A stretch of DNA of 64,000 nucleotides from Eledone cirrhosa (taxonomy: Eukaryota): NCBI GenBank assembly GCA_964016885.1, contig OZ024742.1:231756001-231820000 (forward strand). Direction: 5' to 3'. Positions 1 through 12,690 of this stretch are shown here, piece after piece. Within the stretch, counting starts at the first letter, position 1. Each line of letters opens with the position of its first letter. Below the pieces are notes generated by a model. It did not search any database, was not told the origin of the DNA, and worked only from the letters and a program-made list of their open reading frames with translations. Position numbers and translations under genes: made by a program.

Positions 1-1181
1 TACATATGCAACTAAACTTATGAGAGGAATCAAACCATACATCAGTTTTTCTTAAATTCTTAGTTACAAATATATTTATACAGATAGATTTAATTTCCTG
101 AGGCTTGCATGTGGCTATGTTGGTCAATGTGGGATCTAGACCAAATATTTGTTGTCTCATAGGAGAAAAGGTAGTGTTAGTTACTTCATGCTGTTTTCTA
201 TGATCATGTCCAGTTTGTGCTGTGTTTACAGTATGCATGATAATATAGTCTATCATATATCAGTGTTTTGACCATGGATGCTGCCAGGAATCTATATATT
301 TGTTTGTTGTTTATCACCAGTCATCATCATCACCATTTAATGTTTATTTTAAATGCTTGCATGGGTTAGATAGTCTATTGTGTTATGAGGTCAGGCAACC
401 ACCTCTTGCACTTACATTCCATCTTTAATTTGGTTTTCTATCTTTGGATGCCCTTCCTAATGCCAACCACTTTACAACATATACTGGGAACTTTTTGTTG
501 TGGCACCAGTACAACCACTTGACAAAGTGGACTGGATGCTTTTTATCATGGCACCAGTACAACCACCTTACATGGTGGACTGGATGTTTTTTGTTGTTGC
601 ACCACTACAACCATCATGCAGGGTGAACAAGGTTTTTTTTCATCATGGCACCAGCAAAGTTTAATAGTTCTATTATATGTAATTTGTTGATTAGCAATAT
701 AAAGAGATTTCATTTTTTGATAATCCAGGAATCCATGCATTTATTTAGATTTGTCAAAGAATTGCTAGTCATTCAAAGTATTATATCAATTAAAATTGGT
801 TTTGTGTAATCATTTTTTATGAAATATTATAGTGTGTATCCTGGTTTTTAGTATAGATTCACTATTCCTACAAATCGTATGAGGCAATTAAAAGAGTTGG
901 CACCAAGAAAGGCCTTCCTTCTCATCCCATCCACATATCTGAGGGTTGGAGGTCATGGACTTATGGACCAGCACTTTTCATTTTTTCCTGCCTCTTGCCA
1001 TTGCTGTACATTCTGCCAAACTCCTTCCTGTCCACAACTCATCCAATCCTTGCCAACGATGATTATAACTGAAATTGTTTAAATCTGGACAAAAAGTGAT
1101 TATTCTTTATAAACTCAAATTTCCCTTGAATTGTTATTATTTAGTTTTTTTTTTACCTAAGTATATTTATATTTTTTTCAG

Positions 1182-1274
1182 ATCTGAAGGCTACCTATGC
1201 TTACCCAAAATCAAAACGCACAACCTTAAATCATTAAAAGCTTCTTTTAACAGACTTCTTGCTGGAGATTTTCG
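1182..1274 (+). CDS. NADK2: NADK2 internal coding exon (first in window; upstream exons lie outside it)
   Basis: ttttcag acceptor and gtgagt donor. Encodes (R)SEGYLCLPKIKTHNLKSLKASFNRLLAGDF(R), resembling the vertebrate NADK2 segment RSEGHLCLP...GEFR. Confidence 0.9.
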
Positions 1275-2249
1275 GTGAGTTTTATAAACATTTTACCCTT
1301 AATCTTACAATAAAGTTTTAACCATTTTACCTTGTTAATATAAGGTGTGAATTGGCAGTAGCGGTAGAGTGTTGGACAACATTCTTTATGGCATAGGGTT
1401 TGCCTTTAATCCTTATGGAGTAGATAAAATAAAGTACCAGTAATGCATCGGGGTCGATTTAATCAACTTTTCCCCAAAATTGTTGGCCTTGTGCCTAAAT
1501 CAGAAGCCAATATAAGACCTATATAAAAGTCTATCATCTGAAACTTTAATTTATATCAAGTGTTAAACTAATATATATCATCATTGTATTGTATCGTTCT
1601 TTCATGTTTTTTCCCTTGTTGATTATTGTCGATATATTATTAGGTCTCTTTTTAGCCTTGTATTGCAACATTTTACTTAATATGCTTAAGATATCTATTA
1701 AATTATATCCATGCTTACACAGCACACATCCATATCTCTTAATGTGATATATTAAAGTGATTGATCTAAAAAAATATATCCTGAAATGAAGGTGGCTGTA
1801 GAAAATGGAACTGCTTGATGATGGTTAGTTTATTAAAACCATTGGTAATATACTCAATTATGAAATAATCTATAATATTTGGCTCTGTCATTATAACCAA
1901 GTGGTCTTCCTATTGCCATTATAAGACAGGTGGAACCAAAAAAAAGAAAAGAAGGGGAGAAATAGGTAAACATTCCAGAAAGCTTAAGAGATTAGAAGGC
2001 ATTTTTTTAACTCTTTCATTAGTATATATCTCATGAAAAAGACTGCCTATTGTTTTCAAATCATTTTGAAATAATAAAGAATTTAGAGAGACGGTCAATA
2101 AAACTGATTATTCATTGATTAGATGTGTTTGAATGGGAAAAGTAATATAAGTTGATTAGTTATCAGACTTGCATGAGATAAATATATATTTATTAATAAT
2201 ATGAGGAGGATTAAAAAAATATATGATGGTTAATATGAATACCATATAT

Positions 2250-2416
2250 CAGGGTTTCCCAAACTTTTTCAAATGCGGAACCCTTTTTGGTTCAGAAACT
2301 TTTAGGGGTATCCCAAAGTCTAATACTGTTATATGGTCGTAATATGAATATACTCCTCTACCTTTTTTCATGGAACCCCAGACACTCCTTTGTGGAACCC
2401 ACTTTGAGAACCACTG
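2250..2416. mobile_element. hAT-type MITE (partial relative at about 27820-27929)
   Basis: TIRs cagggtttcccaaa / tttgagaaccactg. Imperfect 8-bp TSD ccatatat/ctacatat. Confidence 0.7.
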
Positions 2417-3072
2417 CTACATATCTTCATCATCACTGTTTAATGTCTATTTTCCATGGTTGTATAGGTTAGACAGCTGTCACATGCTGAGGTCAGATTG
2501 GTCAGGTGTTTAGGTCTTGCTCATATGCTTTGTTTTGGCTTGGTTTCTATGGTTGGATGGCCTTCCTAACACCACCTTTAGTGGCCGGGGGGATTTATAT
2601 ACTGCTTGAGGCAAATGGTTGGATGGAGAGTGTCTGTCATTTTAAGGGGTGGGCCAGGCTTTCCTGGGTTGGGAAAGTGTTTGTGGTGCAGGGAAGGCAC
2701 CATTCTAGCATGGGTTAGGCAAAGAAGTCAGGAGTATATTGGCAGGTGAAGACCTGAGAGTTGTTTCATCTCTCTGCTTTTTCAGGTTTAAGGTGGAAAA
2801 GAGGATCAGAAGCATATGCATATTATAAAACTGATAATGATGGTGATATTTATTTGTTTGAAGCTTATGATTCACTACGTCTCTACTTCAAGTGTCTCAC
2901 TTCTTGTGTGTTCATTCAGATGAAATTCCAGTGTCTGAATGAATAAATAAATTCTGTTACATATATTGAGTACTTTTCCCCCATTTGTGTACCTAAATAA
3001 TTGCACAAAGAGAAAGAGTGAGAGAGATATTTAAAGATTGTATTTTATCTATATTTTCCTTTATTCTGTCAG

Positions 3073-3303
3073 GTGGAGGTGGCGTCAAAGAATTCGAATT
3101 AATATGTCTGGAAAATATATGTATGATGATCCTGTTGAACTTCATGATCAGCAGTTACAGTTTCACGAACATCGTTTCACTGAACATGTCAAAGAAAATG
3201 AAATGTTTAATAAAAAAGTCTTACCGCCAACAGCAGATTCAACTCGTATTTTACCCTTATTAGCTCTTAATGAAGTTTTTATGGGTGAATCATTGTCATC
3301 ACG
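3073..3303 (+). CDS. NADK2: NADK2 coding exon
   Basis: ctgtcag acceptor and gtaagg donor. Encodes WRWRQRIRINMSG...PVELHDQQL...LLALNEVFMGESLSS(R), including the NAD-kinase NE motif. Phase matches the previous exon. Confidence 0.95.
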
Positions 3304-3435
3304 GTAAGGACTTAAGCTATATATTTAGAATTATCTATTTTATTACTGGCAACAATCCCCTGCCTCGCTCAGGTTTATAAATACAATCACATATTACACT
3401 ATATATTGGTTAAATTGGTTGGTGGTAAGAAGGTC

Positions 3436-4180
3436 ATCATCATCATCATCATCACCATTTTCAGTCCATTTTTCCATGCTAGCATGGGTTAGACGAGTTG
3501 CCCTGTTGTGGATGCCCTTCCTAATCACAACCTCATTTACAGTGTGTACTGGTTGCTTTTTGTCATGAAGCCTACACGACCACTTTACAGTGTGGACTGC
3601 GTGCTTTTTGTCATGACACCTACACGACCACTTTACAGTGTGGACTGGGAGTCACTGGATGTATACTTCAGCCTGTCCTCATGGGAGGGTGGGGTGATGC
3701 ATACTGTATATATGCTTCAGCTTTGGCATGTGCCTGCAGGAAGTTGGGTCTTCTGTATCTCTGCGTAACGCCAGATACCTCGGTCCTGTGTCATCACCTT
3801 TGAGAGATGCAATTGGGCAAGGTCAGCTTTTATCACCTCATCCCATGTCTTCCTGGGTCTCCCCACTCCAAGGCTTCCATCGGCTTTCAGCGCTCTGCAC
3901 CTTTTTAGGCAGCTGTCATCCTTCATATGCATCACATGTCCATACTAATGCTGTCTCCTCTCCTACACACTGCATCCGATTCCTCTTATGCCTAGTTTCT
4001 CTCTCAGTTCATTTATGCTTTGCCGCTCAGAGCATGCAAGCTTCATTTCTTTCCAATCTACACAAGTCCTCTGCACTCATCACTCAGGCTTCACTGCCAT
4101 GCAACATGCTGTTTGTATCCACTGCCATGCAACATGCTGTTTGTATCCATGCATCATTCAGTCTGCCTTTCATTTTTTGA
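3436..4180 (-). mobile_element. RTE 3' fragment (related subfamily)
   Basis: Minus strand encodes MKDDSCLKRCRALKADGSLGVGRPRKTWDEVI. The (CAT)n at the left end is the reverse of the (GAT)n tail. Confidence 0.85.
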
Positions 4181-4340
4181 AAATGCTAAAAAGAAAACAA
4201 AAAGAAAAAAGAAAAATGAAAACCAGGAAAGGAAACAAAACAAAAGGGGAACATAAAAAACATGTTTCTTTCCTTATAAAGATGTGTTCTTATGGATAAA
4301 TTTCTGCTATGCTGTCTAAAATTGGTCTACAGTGCAGAAG

Positions 4341-4915
4341 CATCATCATCATTTAACATCTATTTTCCATGCTAGCATAGGTTAGACAAGTTTCTCCATT
4401 GTGAGATAAACCAGATCAGATGACCATATCTTGCTCATACAGAACTGTATCTGTCTTCGTTTCTATGGCTGGATGCCCTTCCTAATTCCAACCATATTTA
4501 CAGTGTGTACAGGCTGCTTTCTGTCGTGACACCTACACAACCACTCTACAGTGTAGACTGGATGCCTTTTATCGTGGCATCAAAACAACCACTTTATAGT
4601 GTGGGTTGGGTGTTTTTTGTCAAGATACCAATATGACCACTTTACATGGTGGACTGGGGTGGGGGTTGTGAAGGCATGGGAGAAGGGCAAGGTGATTAGG
4701 ATGTGAGTGGAGTGTTAGAGAGTGGGAGATCTATGGAAGAGGTAGCAAGGATAGGAGTTAAGTGGTGCATACTAGATGTATACTTCAACCCATGTGCATG
4801 GGAAGGTGGGTCTTCTGTATTACTGCATAATTCCAAAGGTCTCGATCCTATGTCATTGCCTTTGAGAGGTGCAATTGTGCAAGGTCAGCTTTTATCACTT
4901 CATCCCAGGTCTTCC
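4341..4915 (-). mobile_element. RTE 3' UTR/terminal fragment
   Basis: (CAT)n tail, ttttccatgctagcat motif, ggatgcccttcct motif and roughly 37-bp UTR repeats. The right end matches the RTE C-terminal coding region. Confidence 0.75.
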
Positions 4916-5701
4916 TACTCTATAGCTGCCATACATTCTATTTTATATATCAAAATTATTTGCAGATATAAAAATAGTATAATTGAAACACAATGCAGAA
5001 AAAAGAATTATGTATCTAATTTGGAATGTATTCGCTGGCTGATGAGGTTACCCAGCAAGCAATAGATATGTGATGTAAGTCTTGACAGTGAGCCTATATC
5101 TTTTTTTCTGTCATTTTATAATGTCCAATATCACTTCATGTTGAAAATCATCACCATTACCATTTTACATCTATTTTCCATGCTTGCATGGATTAGATAG
5201 GTTGTCACATTTTCAGGCTGGAGTAGTCAGGTGACCATGTCTTACTCATCTGTTCTATTTTTAGCTTGGTTTGTACAAATGGATGCCCTTCTTAATGCCA
5301 ATTACTTTAGCACTACCACCTTACACTGCAGACTGGGTGTTTTTATTGTGCTTTTACAGCACTACCATTTTTCAATGTAGGCTAGGTGCATTTTATTGTA
5401 GCACCAGCATATTATCATGGTACCGGCACTACCTCATTTGCAAGACCAGGGTGTTCAGTATATCTTTGGTCAAGCTGTGAGAGCATTGATGGGAGTGTGT
5501 GGAGGTGCAAAAAAGAAATTAGCTATTAATTCATTCAAAATTATTTTAAACCCTAGAACTGCTGATAGCTACACACAGAAGAAGTTTACTAAATGAAAGT
5601 GATTGATAGACAGATTCCTTTTTGTGCTAGTCATTGTTCAGCCCTCTGGCATTTCTAATCTCTGGCCTACTGTTCTTCTCTGGCAAATTAGGATGGTGTT
5701 G

Positions 5702-6148
5702 CACATGAGCTAGATATCTACCTGTTAGATAGTCTTACATGAGACATACAAACTAAAATGCCCCACATGAGTCTATTACATGAGGCATACTACACATTAG
5801 ATATTCTCATATGAGACATACAAACTAAATTGCCCCACATGAGGCATACACATTAAATAGTCTTACATGAGACATACAAACTAAATTGCCCCACATGAGT
5901 CTATCACATGAGGCATACACATTAAATAGTCTTACATGAGACATACAAACTAAATTGCCCCACATGATTCTATCACACGAGCATACTAACTAAATTACCC
6001 CACATGAGAGTCTATCACATGAGGCATACAACTTAGATAGTCTTACATGAGCCATACAAACTAAATTGCCTCACATGAGCATACTAACTAAATTACCCCA
6101 CATGAGTCTATCATATGAGGTATACACATTAAGTAGTCTCACATGAGC
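5702..6148. repeat. Compound minisatellite built on an acatgag core
   Basis: Roughly 70-bp units (acatgagacatacaaactaaattgccccacatgagtctatcacatgaggcatacacattaaatagtctt) made of three shorter sub-repeats. Confidence 0.85.
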
Positions 6149-6337
6149 TAATAGTGGATATCATTGCCTATTCTTCACAATAATGCTTTTTCCTTAATAT
6201 TTGTGAGATATAGGTGTGATAAATTATTCAACAAAAAATCTAAAATTTGTTTATTTTAATAAAGAAGGTAAAGGACTATTTACAAAGAAAGATGTAAATT
6301 TGTTTCTGAGCTATATAACTAAATATATATATATTTG

Positions 6338-8862
6338 CAAACCTGCTGTTGGCGACAGACGAGGTCTGTGGCTGGAGCAGGCCTGTAGGCAGGAGGAGAG
6401 TAACATGGTGGTGGAACAGTAAGGTGGAGGGGTCAATTAAGGCCAAAAAGCAGGCTTGGAAAGTATGGCGGGATGGGGGAAGTAGAGAGGACTATCAAGT
6501 GGCCAGGAGGGAAGCTAGGAGACAAGTGTACTTAGCAAGAAGGGAAGCTGAGGAAAGAAAGTTCAAGCATGTTCTACAACGCGATGACCAAAAACGTGAG
6601 GTGTTCAGGATTGCTAGGCAATGCGTCAAGGAAAACCGTGATATTGTCGGGGAGAAGTGTGTACTAAACGACGATGGCACACTTGCCATCACCGACGCTG
6701 ATAAGAAGGTAGCTTGGAAGTGTCACTATGAAAGGCTACTAAATGAGGAGAATAATTGGGAGAAAGGCAGTCTCCCCCATATCGACCCAATAGAGGGACC
6801 AGCAGTGTTAGTCGAGGGGAGTATAATAAGTAAGGCAATCAAGGATATGAAGACTGGTAAGGCGGCTGGGCCTTCGGAAATAGTTGCTGAGATGCTGAAG
6901 GCATCTGGCACGGTGGGACACACCATGGTCACCCGCATAGTTAACCAAGTCGTACAGAATGGGGTTGTTCCGAAGGACTGGCATAGCAGCATCATCGTTA
7001 ACTGTTATAAGGGTAAAGGAGACGCCCTAGATAGGAGTAACTATAGAGGCATTAAATTAATCGACCAGGTCATGAAGGTCACGGAAAAAGTAATAGCGCA
7101 ACTAATCAGAGAGAGAATTGACCTAGATGAAATGCAGTTCGGGTTTGTGTCAGGCAAAAGTACCACAGACGCTCTTTTCATAGTACGACAACTACAGGAG
7201 AAGTACCTAGCTAAAGGTAAACCCCTCTACTTAGCTTTTGTCGACTTGGAGAAAGCCTTCGACAGAGTCCCCCGCTCCATTATCTGGTGGGCTCTTAGAA
7301 AACTAGGCGTTGACGAATGGCTTGTGAGGGCTATACAAGCCATGTATAAAGAAACAGTCAGCAAGGTTAGAATTAACAACGAATATAGTGAAGAGTTTAG
7401 CGTAAAAGTTGGCGTCCATCAGGGCTCTGTTCTCAGTCCACTACTATTTATTATTGCCCTTCAGGCTATAACAGAGGAGTTCAAGACAGGCTGCCCATGG
7501 GAACTCCTATACGCAGACGACCTGACACTCATAGCGGAATCAATGGCCGAGCTAGAGAAGAAATTCCAAACATGGAAGCACGGCCTAGAGTCAAAAGGAC
7601 TTAAAATTAACCTGGCTAAGACCAAAGTACTAGTTTGTAGGAAAGAAAACAAGGCGGCGGTCCCTTCTGGGAAATGGTCGTGCTCGGTGTGTAGGAAAGG
7701 CGTAGGTAGAAACTCCATTTTATGTCCTAAATGCAAAGTATGGGTGCATAAAAGATGTAGTGGGATCACAGGTAAGCTAACTAAGAACATAGATTTTACA
7801 TGTGGCCGGTGCTCTGGTGCAATAAGTAGCAGCAAGTGCCCACAAACTACTAGCTCTTTCAATTGCGCAGAGGGTTCTATAGAAATAGTGGACAGCTTCC
7901 GTTACCTGGGCGATAAAATCAGCAGTGGGGGAGGGTGCTCTGAAAGTACTGTAGCTAGAGTCAGAACTGGTTGGAAAAAGTTCAGAGAGCTTATACCACT
8001 ATTAGCTGCTAAAGGGTTCTCACTAAAAATGAAAGGCAGGTTGTACGATGCCTGCATACGAACAGCAATGCTGCATGGCAGTGAGACCTGGGCATTGTGT
8101 GCAGAGGATATACGCAGACTAGAGAGGAACGAAGCTTGCATGCTCCGCTGGATGTGTAACAGTAATATACGTGAACGGCAAAGCATAAACGAACTAAGGA
8201 AAAAATTAGAGATAAGAGGGATCAGATGTTGTTTACTCGAGAGAAGGCTACGTTGGTATGGACACGTGATGCGCATGAAAGTCGATAGCTGTATAACAAA
8301 GTGCAGGGCAATAAAGATAGACGGTAGTCACGGAATAGGCAGACCTAGAAAAACCTGGGACGAGCTGATAAACTCCGACATCACACACTTACACCTCTCC
8401 AAGACAATGTCACTGGACCGAGACCTTTGGCGGTACTCAGTAACAGAGAAGACCCGCCTTACCTAAATATATAGTAAAACCTACTCCAGCCAGTAGGCAT
8501 CTCTAACAAAATACACCCCGTCCCACCACCACCACCCCCACCCGATCCACACCACCCCGTTCTATGTAAAGTTATGTTGGTGCCGCGCCATCGAGGCCGA
8601 AACAAATGAGATCGTGTAGGTGTCACGACAAAAAAACACACAGTCCACGCTGTAATGTGGCCGTGTAGGCAACACGGTAAAAACCTCCCAGACCCACACT
8701 GTAAATGTGGTTGGTGTTAGGAAGGGCATCCAACTGTAGAAAACCTGCCAGACAGTCCTATGCGAGCAAGACAATCACTCTTGCCTCAAGTGGGACTACC
8801 CCCGTCCAAACCCATGCAAGCGTGGAACACGGACGTTAAACGTTGATGATGATGATGATGAT
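6338..8862 (+). mobile_element. RTE-clade LINE, 5'-truncated (no endonuclease), young, in a NADK2 intron
   Basis: Stop-free 705-aa ORF with RT motifs NYRGIKL, QFGF, FVDLEKAFDRV, GVHQGSVLSPLLF, YADD and FRYLG, plus the RTE C-terminus LRWYGHVMR...GRPRKTW. 3' UTR ends in a (GAT)n tail. Confidence 0.95.
6349..8466 (+). CDS. RTE reverse transcriptase ORF (N-truncated) with an internal PHD finger
   Basis: RT motifs as above. C4HC3 motif CSVC-x10-CPKC-x4-H-x2-C-x14-CGRC at 7681-7812. Confidence 0.9.
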   Translation: MATDEVCGWSRPVGRRRVTWWWNSKVEGSIKAKKQAWKVWRDGGSREDYQVARREARRQVYLARREAEERKFKHVLQRDDQKREVFRIARQCVKENRDIVGEKCVLNDDGTLAITDADKKVAWKCHYERLLNEENNWEKGSLPHIDPIEGPAVLVEGSIISKAIKDMKTGKAAGPSEIVAEMLKASGTVGHTMVTRIVNQVVQNGVVPKDWHSSIIVNCYKGKGDALDRSNYRGIKLIDQVMKVTEKVIAQLIRERIDLDEMQFGFVSGKSTTDALFIVRQLQEKYLAKGKPLYLAFVDLEKAFDRVPRSIIWWALRKLGVDEWLVRAIQAMYKETVSKVRINNEYSEEFSVKVGVHQGSVLSPLLFIIALQAITEEFKTGCPWELLYADDLTLIAESMAELEKKFQTWKHGLESKGLKINLAKTKVLVCRKENKAAVPSGKWSCSVCRKGVGRNSILCPKCKVWVHKRCSGITGKLTKNIDFTCGRCSGAISSSKCPQTTSSFNCAEGSIEIVDSFRYLGDKISSGGGCSESTVARVRTGWKKFRELIPLLAAKGFSLKMKGRLYDACIRTAMLHGSETWALCAEDIRRLERNEACMLRWMCNSNIRERQSINELRKKLEIRGIRCCLLERRLRWYGHVMRMKVDSCITKCRAIKIDGSHGIGRPRKTWDELINSDITHLHLSKTMSLDRDLWRYSVTEKTRLT

Positions 8863-10039
8863 TTTTGTTTTTAATCATAGTATGAATTAGTTATACTGTA
8901 TTCTTTTTTATTAAAAAAAAAGATTGATTATTTCTTTAGTTCTATTTTAACCATCAGAAGAGCTATGATGAAGCACTGCATTACTTCATATCCTAGCACT
9001 TTTGCCCCCCCCCCCCCCAAGCAAAGGGGGAAAAAAATAATACTGAGAAAGAAAAAATGTCTTCAATAAGATTCCTTACTAATTTCTATTGTCTTTCCTT
9101 TTTTACATTTGTAATATGAGGACTTTGCTGTCACATTGCCATTTTTTTTATGATATACCCTTTATCATTATATTGTATAGTATGTACATGTGAGTGGGAG
9201 GTAGGGAGGCTAATTGAGTGTTTAGATGTGGGAGGGCTAATTGGGTTAAGGTGATTGGAGAGTTTGTTGGTCAAAGATACATGTAAGGAATAAAACTAAT
9301 CAATTTAGAGTTAAAGATTGTTCAAGATTTGGTTTGTACATCAGCAACATCAGTGTAGGATGAGAGTGAGGGCTAAGAAGTGTTAGTTGTGAGTGTTGAA
9401 GTCAAGTCAATAACAGTGATGAATTCAGAAGTGTTGTTGATTGGAGCAGTTGGAGAATGTAGAGGAGTGGACCAAGGAAATTTTGAGCCAGAGTAACTAG
9501 AGGAGATAGGTATGTGGTGGGGATATAAAAATTTACATATGTGCAGACACCACTTTACCAAGTAAAATTTGTGTACTGGTTTCAAACTATAGATAAAGTG
9601 TTAGAGATTTGTATGTTTGTGAGGAATAGCATGTAGAATCTACATGTCAGTGTGAGGTCATGTTTGGAGTCTTGTAGGATCAGAGGCTATTGATATTTGA
9701 GAAATTGATAGAGTCTTGTACAGCAAGTTTAGTGTTATGTTTATGGCATCTAGGGAATTGTAGAGGATATTGGTGTGCTGTGTTGTCATGATGACAATAA
9801 CCATCAACTAGAACTCTTATCTAAAGTTTTATAACAGTGAAATCTGCCATATGTTTTATTAAACTGGGTGTAAAGTCTTTTAAATTTTATATTTTTCTCT
9901 TGGGGATTTTCTTTTCTTTTGAAAACTGGTTTTCATTACTTAGGCATTTGTAGAAGTTCATTTATTACCATGTGTGTTAAACCATTTTTCCTGATATATA
10001 ATACTATCACAATTTGTTGTTGGATCTCTGTCATTTCTG

Positions 10040-10325
10040 ATCACTAGTGTTCCAGTTGATTCAGTCAATGGAACTGACAGTTCTTGAAATTAATTTAAGT
10101 GGCTGAGCATTCCACAGACACGTGTACCCGTAACATAGTTTTCTGGAAGATTCAGCATTACACAATCTGTGACAAGGCTGTCCCCTTCAATTACAGGTAC
10201 AACCAATTTTTTGTCAGCTGAGTGGACTGAAGCAATGTTTAAACACACAATGCACCACCCAGTCTGTGAATCGAACTCACAACCTTACGATTGTAAGCCC
10301 AGCACCCTAACCACTACACCATGCT
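10040..10325 (-). mobile_element. tRNA-derived SINE family 2 (also at about 35900-36200 and 58510-58755)
   Basis: Minus-strand head gtgtagtggttagggtg...gagttcgattc. Body (gtggctgagcattccacagacacgtgtaccc...gtgacaaggctg) recurs at the listed sites. Confidence 0.7.
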
Positions 10326-10345
10326 ATTATACTATCACAATCAAC

Positions 10346-11076
10346 CTAGAGAGGAATGAAGCTTGCATGCTCCGCTGGATGTGTAACAGTAATATACGTG
10401 AACGGCAAAGCATAAACGAACTAAGGAAAAAATTAGAAATAAGAGGGATCAGATGTTGTTTACTCGAGAGAAGGCTACGTTGGTATGGACACGTGATGCG
10501 CATGAAAGTCGATAGCTGTATAACAAAGTGCAGGGCAATAAAGATAGACGGTAGCCACGGAATAGGCAGACCTAGAAAAACCTGGGACGAGCTGATAAAC
10601 TCCGACCTCACACACTTACACCTCTTCAAGACAATGTCACTGGACCGAGACCTTTGGCGGTACTCAGTAACAGAGAAGACCCGCCTTACCTAAATACATA
10701 GTAAAACCTACTACAGCCAGTAGGCATCTCTAACAAAATACACCCCCCCCCCCCCCACACCCCATCCACACCACTCCCTTCTATGTAAAGTTATGTCGGT
10801 GCCACGCCATCCAGGCCGAAACAAATGAGATCGTGTAGGTGTCACGACAAAAAAACACACAGTCCACGCTGTAACGTGGCCGTGTAGGCAACACGGTAAA
10901 AACCTCCCAGACCCACACTGTAAATGTGGTTGGTGTTAGGAAGGGCATCCAACTGTAGAAAACCTGCCAGACAGTCCTATGCAAGCAAGACAATCACTCT
11001 TGCCTCAAGTGGGAATACCCCCGTCCAAACCCATGCAAGCGTGGAACACGGACGTTAAGCGTTGATGATGATGATG
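10346..11076 (+). mobile_element. Second, shorter copy of the same RTE (3' end only) with TSD
   Basis: Nearly identical to about 8119-8860. (GAT)n tail. Flanked by aatcaacc at 10339-10346 and 11077-11084. Confidence 0.93.
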
Positions 11077-11455
11077 AATCAACCCTCTGAAACGATTGTA
11101 AAACAATGAACTAACCCTCTACCTACACCTAATTTCTGTTTTTATTGTTCCCTCTCTCTCTCTCTCTCTCACACACCACAGACACACACACTGTTTTAAT
11201 TTATATGTATCCATATATATTTGTCATCATATACAAATTTATTTAAATTTTATATTCAGATGTAATTTTTATTAAAAATATTGGAAATTTACAAATGCAC
11301 TTAAGAAGAAAATAATTGACGCTACAATAGAAAGTTAATTCTTAATTATGCTAAAACAAATTGTTTCCCTTTTTATTAAAATTGAAAATTAAAATAATTT
11401 AGGTTTATTTATTTATTTATTTATTTATTCATTTATTTTAAATATATTATTTAAG

Positions 11456-11607
11456 AGTTTCATACTATGAACTTTGTATTGATGAAGCACCAAAAATGAA
11501 ATTGAAAAGTTCTGGAATAACTGTATGTACTGGAACTGGTTCAAGTTCTTGGCATTTCCACATCAATCATATTCCAGAGCAATCAGTCCAGGAAATTCTT
11601 AGACTCG
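11456..11607 (+). CDS. NADK2: NADK2 coding exon (not in ORF track)
   Basis: ttaag acceptor and gtaaat donor. Encodes VSYYELCIDEAPKMKLKSSGITVCTGTGSSSWHFHINHIPEQSVQEILRL, containing the SSG-x3-TGTGS motif of NADK2. Confidence 0.93.
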
Positions 11608-11654
11608 GTAAATATTTTTATTTGTATTTTTTGTTGCTAAAATTGCTACTCTAT

Positions 11655-12110
11655 AAAAGTATGCTGCGTGTGTGAGATGTGCCATGATTTATGGCAGCAA
11701 GACATGGATAATGAACGTAGAACAACAGAGAAGGCTGGAAAGAAGGGAAATGAGAATGGTCTGGTGTATGATTGGAGTATTGCTGAGAAAGTGGAAGATA
11801 AACAATGAATTGCAAAGGATGATACAAATAGAGCCAGTGAGAGATGTTGTGAAAAGAAATTGAATGAGATGGTTGGGTCATGTGCTGAGGAAAGATGATA
11901 GTGATTGGGTGAGAAGAATGATGGAAATGAATGTAGAAGAAGAGGAAGACCAAGAAAGACGTGGCTAAAAATGATGGAGGAGAAACCGAAAGCCAGGGGA
12001 TTGGTGAGGGGTATATAGACGATAGGTAAAAATGGAGAAGCTTGTTATGAGGCTTGCAAAGTTAACCGTTTTAGCAAGGAAGATGGCCTTAAAGTGCTTG
12101 TATTGTTGGT
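11655..12110 (+). mobile_element. Decayed RTE 3' fragment (different family)
   Basis: Encodes AMIYGSKTW...LERREMRMV, followed by RWLGHVLR- and RGRPRKTW-like sequence with stops. Confidence 0.75.
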
Positions 12111-12196
12111 ATTGTATAAAAATATTTAACTGAACCCTTCCACATCCAAACTGTTTTAAGGCTGCTTTCAAGTTTCTATTGGTTAATGCTCTAGAT

Positions 12197-12509
12197 CAGT
12201 GCTACTCAAAATGGTGGTCCGTGGACCGGTGCCGGTATGCAAGCCATCAGCTACCGGTATGCGGCCAGTGTCCAGGCCATGCTAAGGAATCATTTGAGGA
12301 ATTTTTTTTATTACTTTTTTATATGTTTTGATATTGTATTATTTGTTTACAAAATAAATAGAAGATAAAAAAATGGTCAACTATTATTATATTCATTATA
12401 TATATCGTTTCCGGTATAAATTAATATTACTACGAAATATTAGCGGTACGTGGCACATTGAAAAACAAAAAATGCCGGTCCGCCACATCAGATAGTTTGA
12501 GAAGCACTG
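12197..12509. mobile_element. hAT (Charlie-like) MITE
   Basis: TIRs cagtgctactcaaa / tttgagaagcactg. 8-bp TSD ctctagat/atgtagat. Confidence 0.8.
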
Positions 12510-12690
12510 ATGTAGATGAATATAAAACATGAAAGAGAGGAATGGTTACAATGACCGAGACAGGACATGAACCTGGCTCATAACTTGTAAATATCAGTTC
12601 AACATCATTGTTGCCATCGGCACTACCACTGTTGTCATCATTGTCACCATCACCACTGTTGTCATCGTCATCATTATTTCAACTATGCCT

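Noticed and set aside
5036-5075. CTGATGA motif as a hammerhead
   Set aside because: No downstream GAAA or closing stems.
6495-8276. Minus-strand ORFs overlapping the RTE
   Set aside because: Antisense shadows of the RT frame with no independent motifs.
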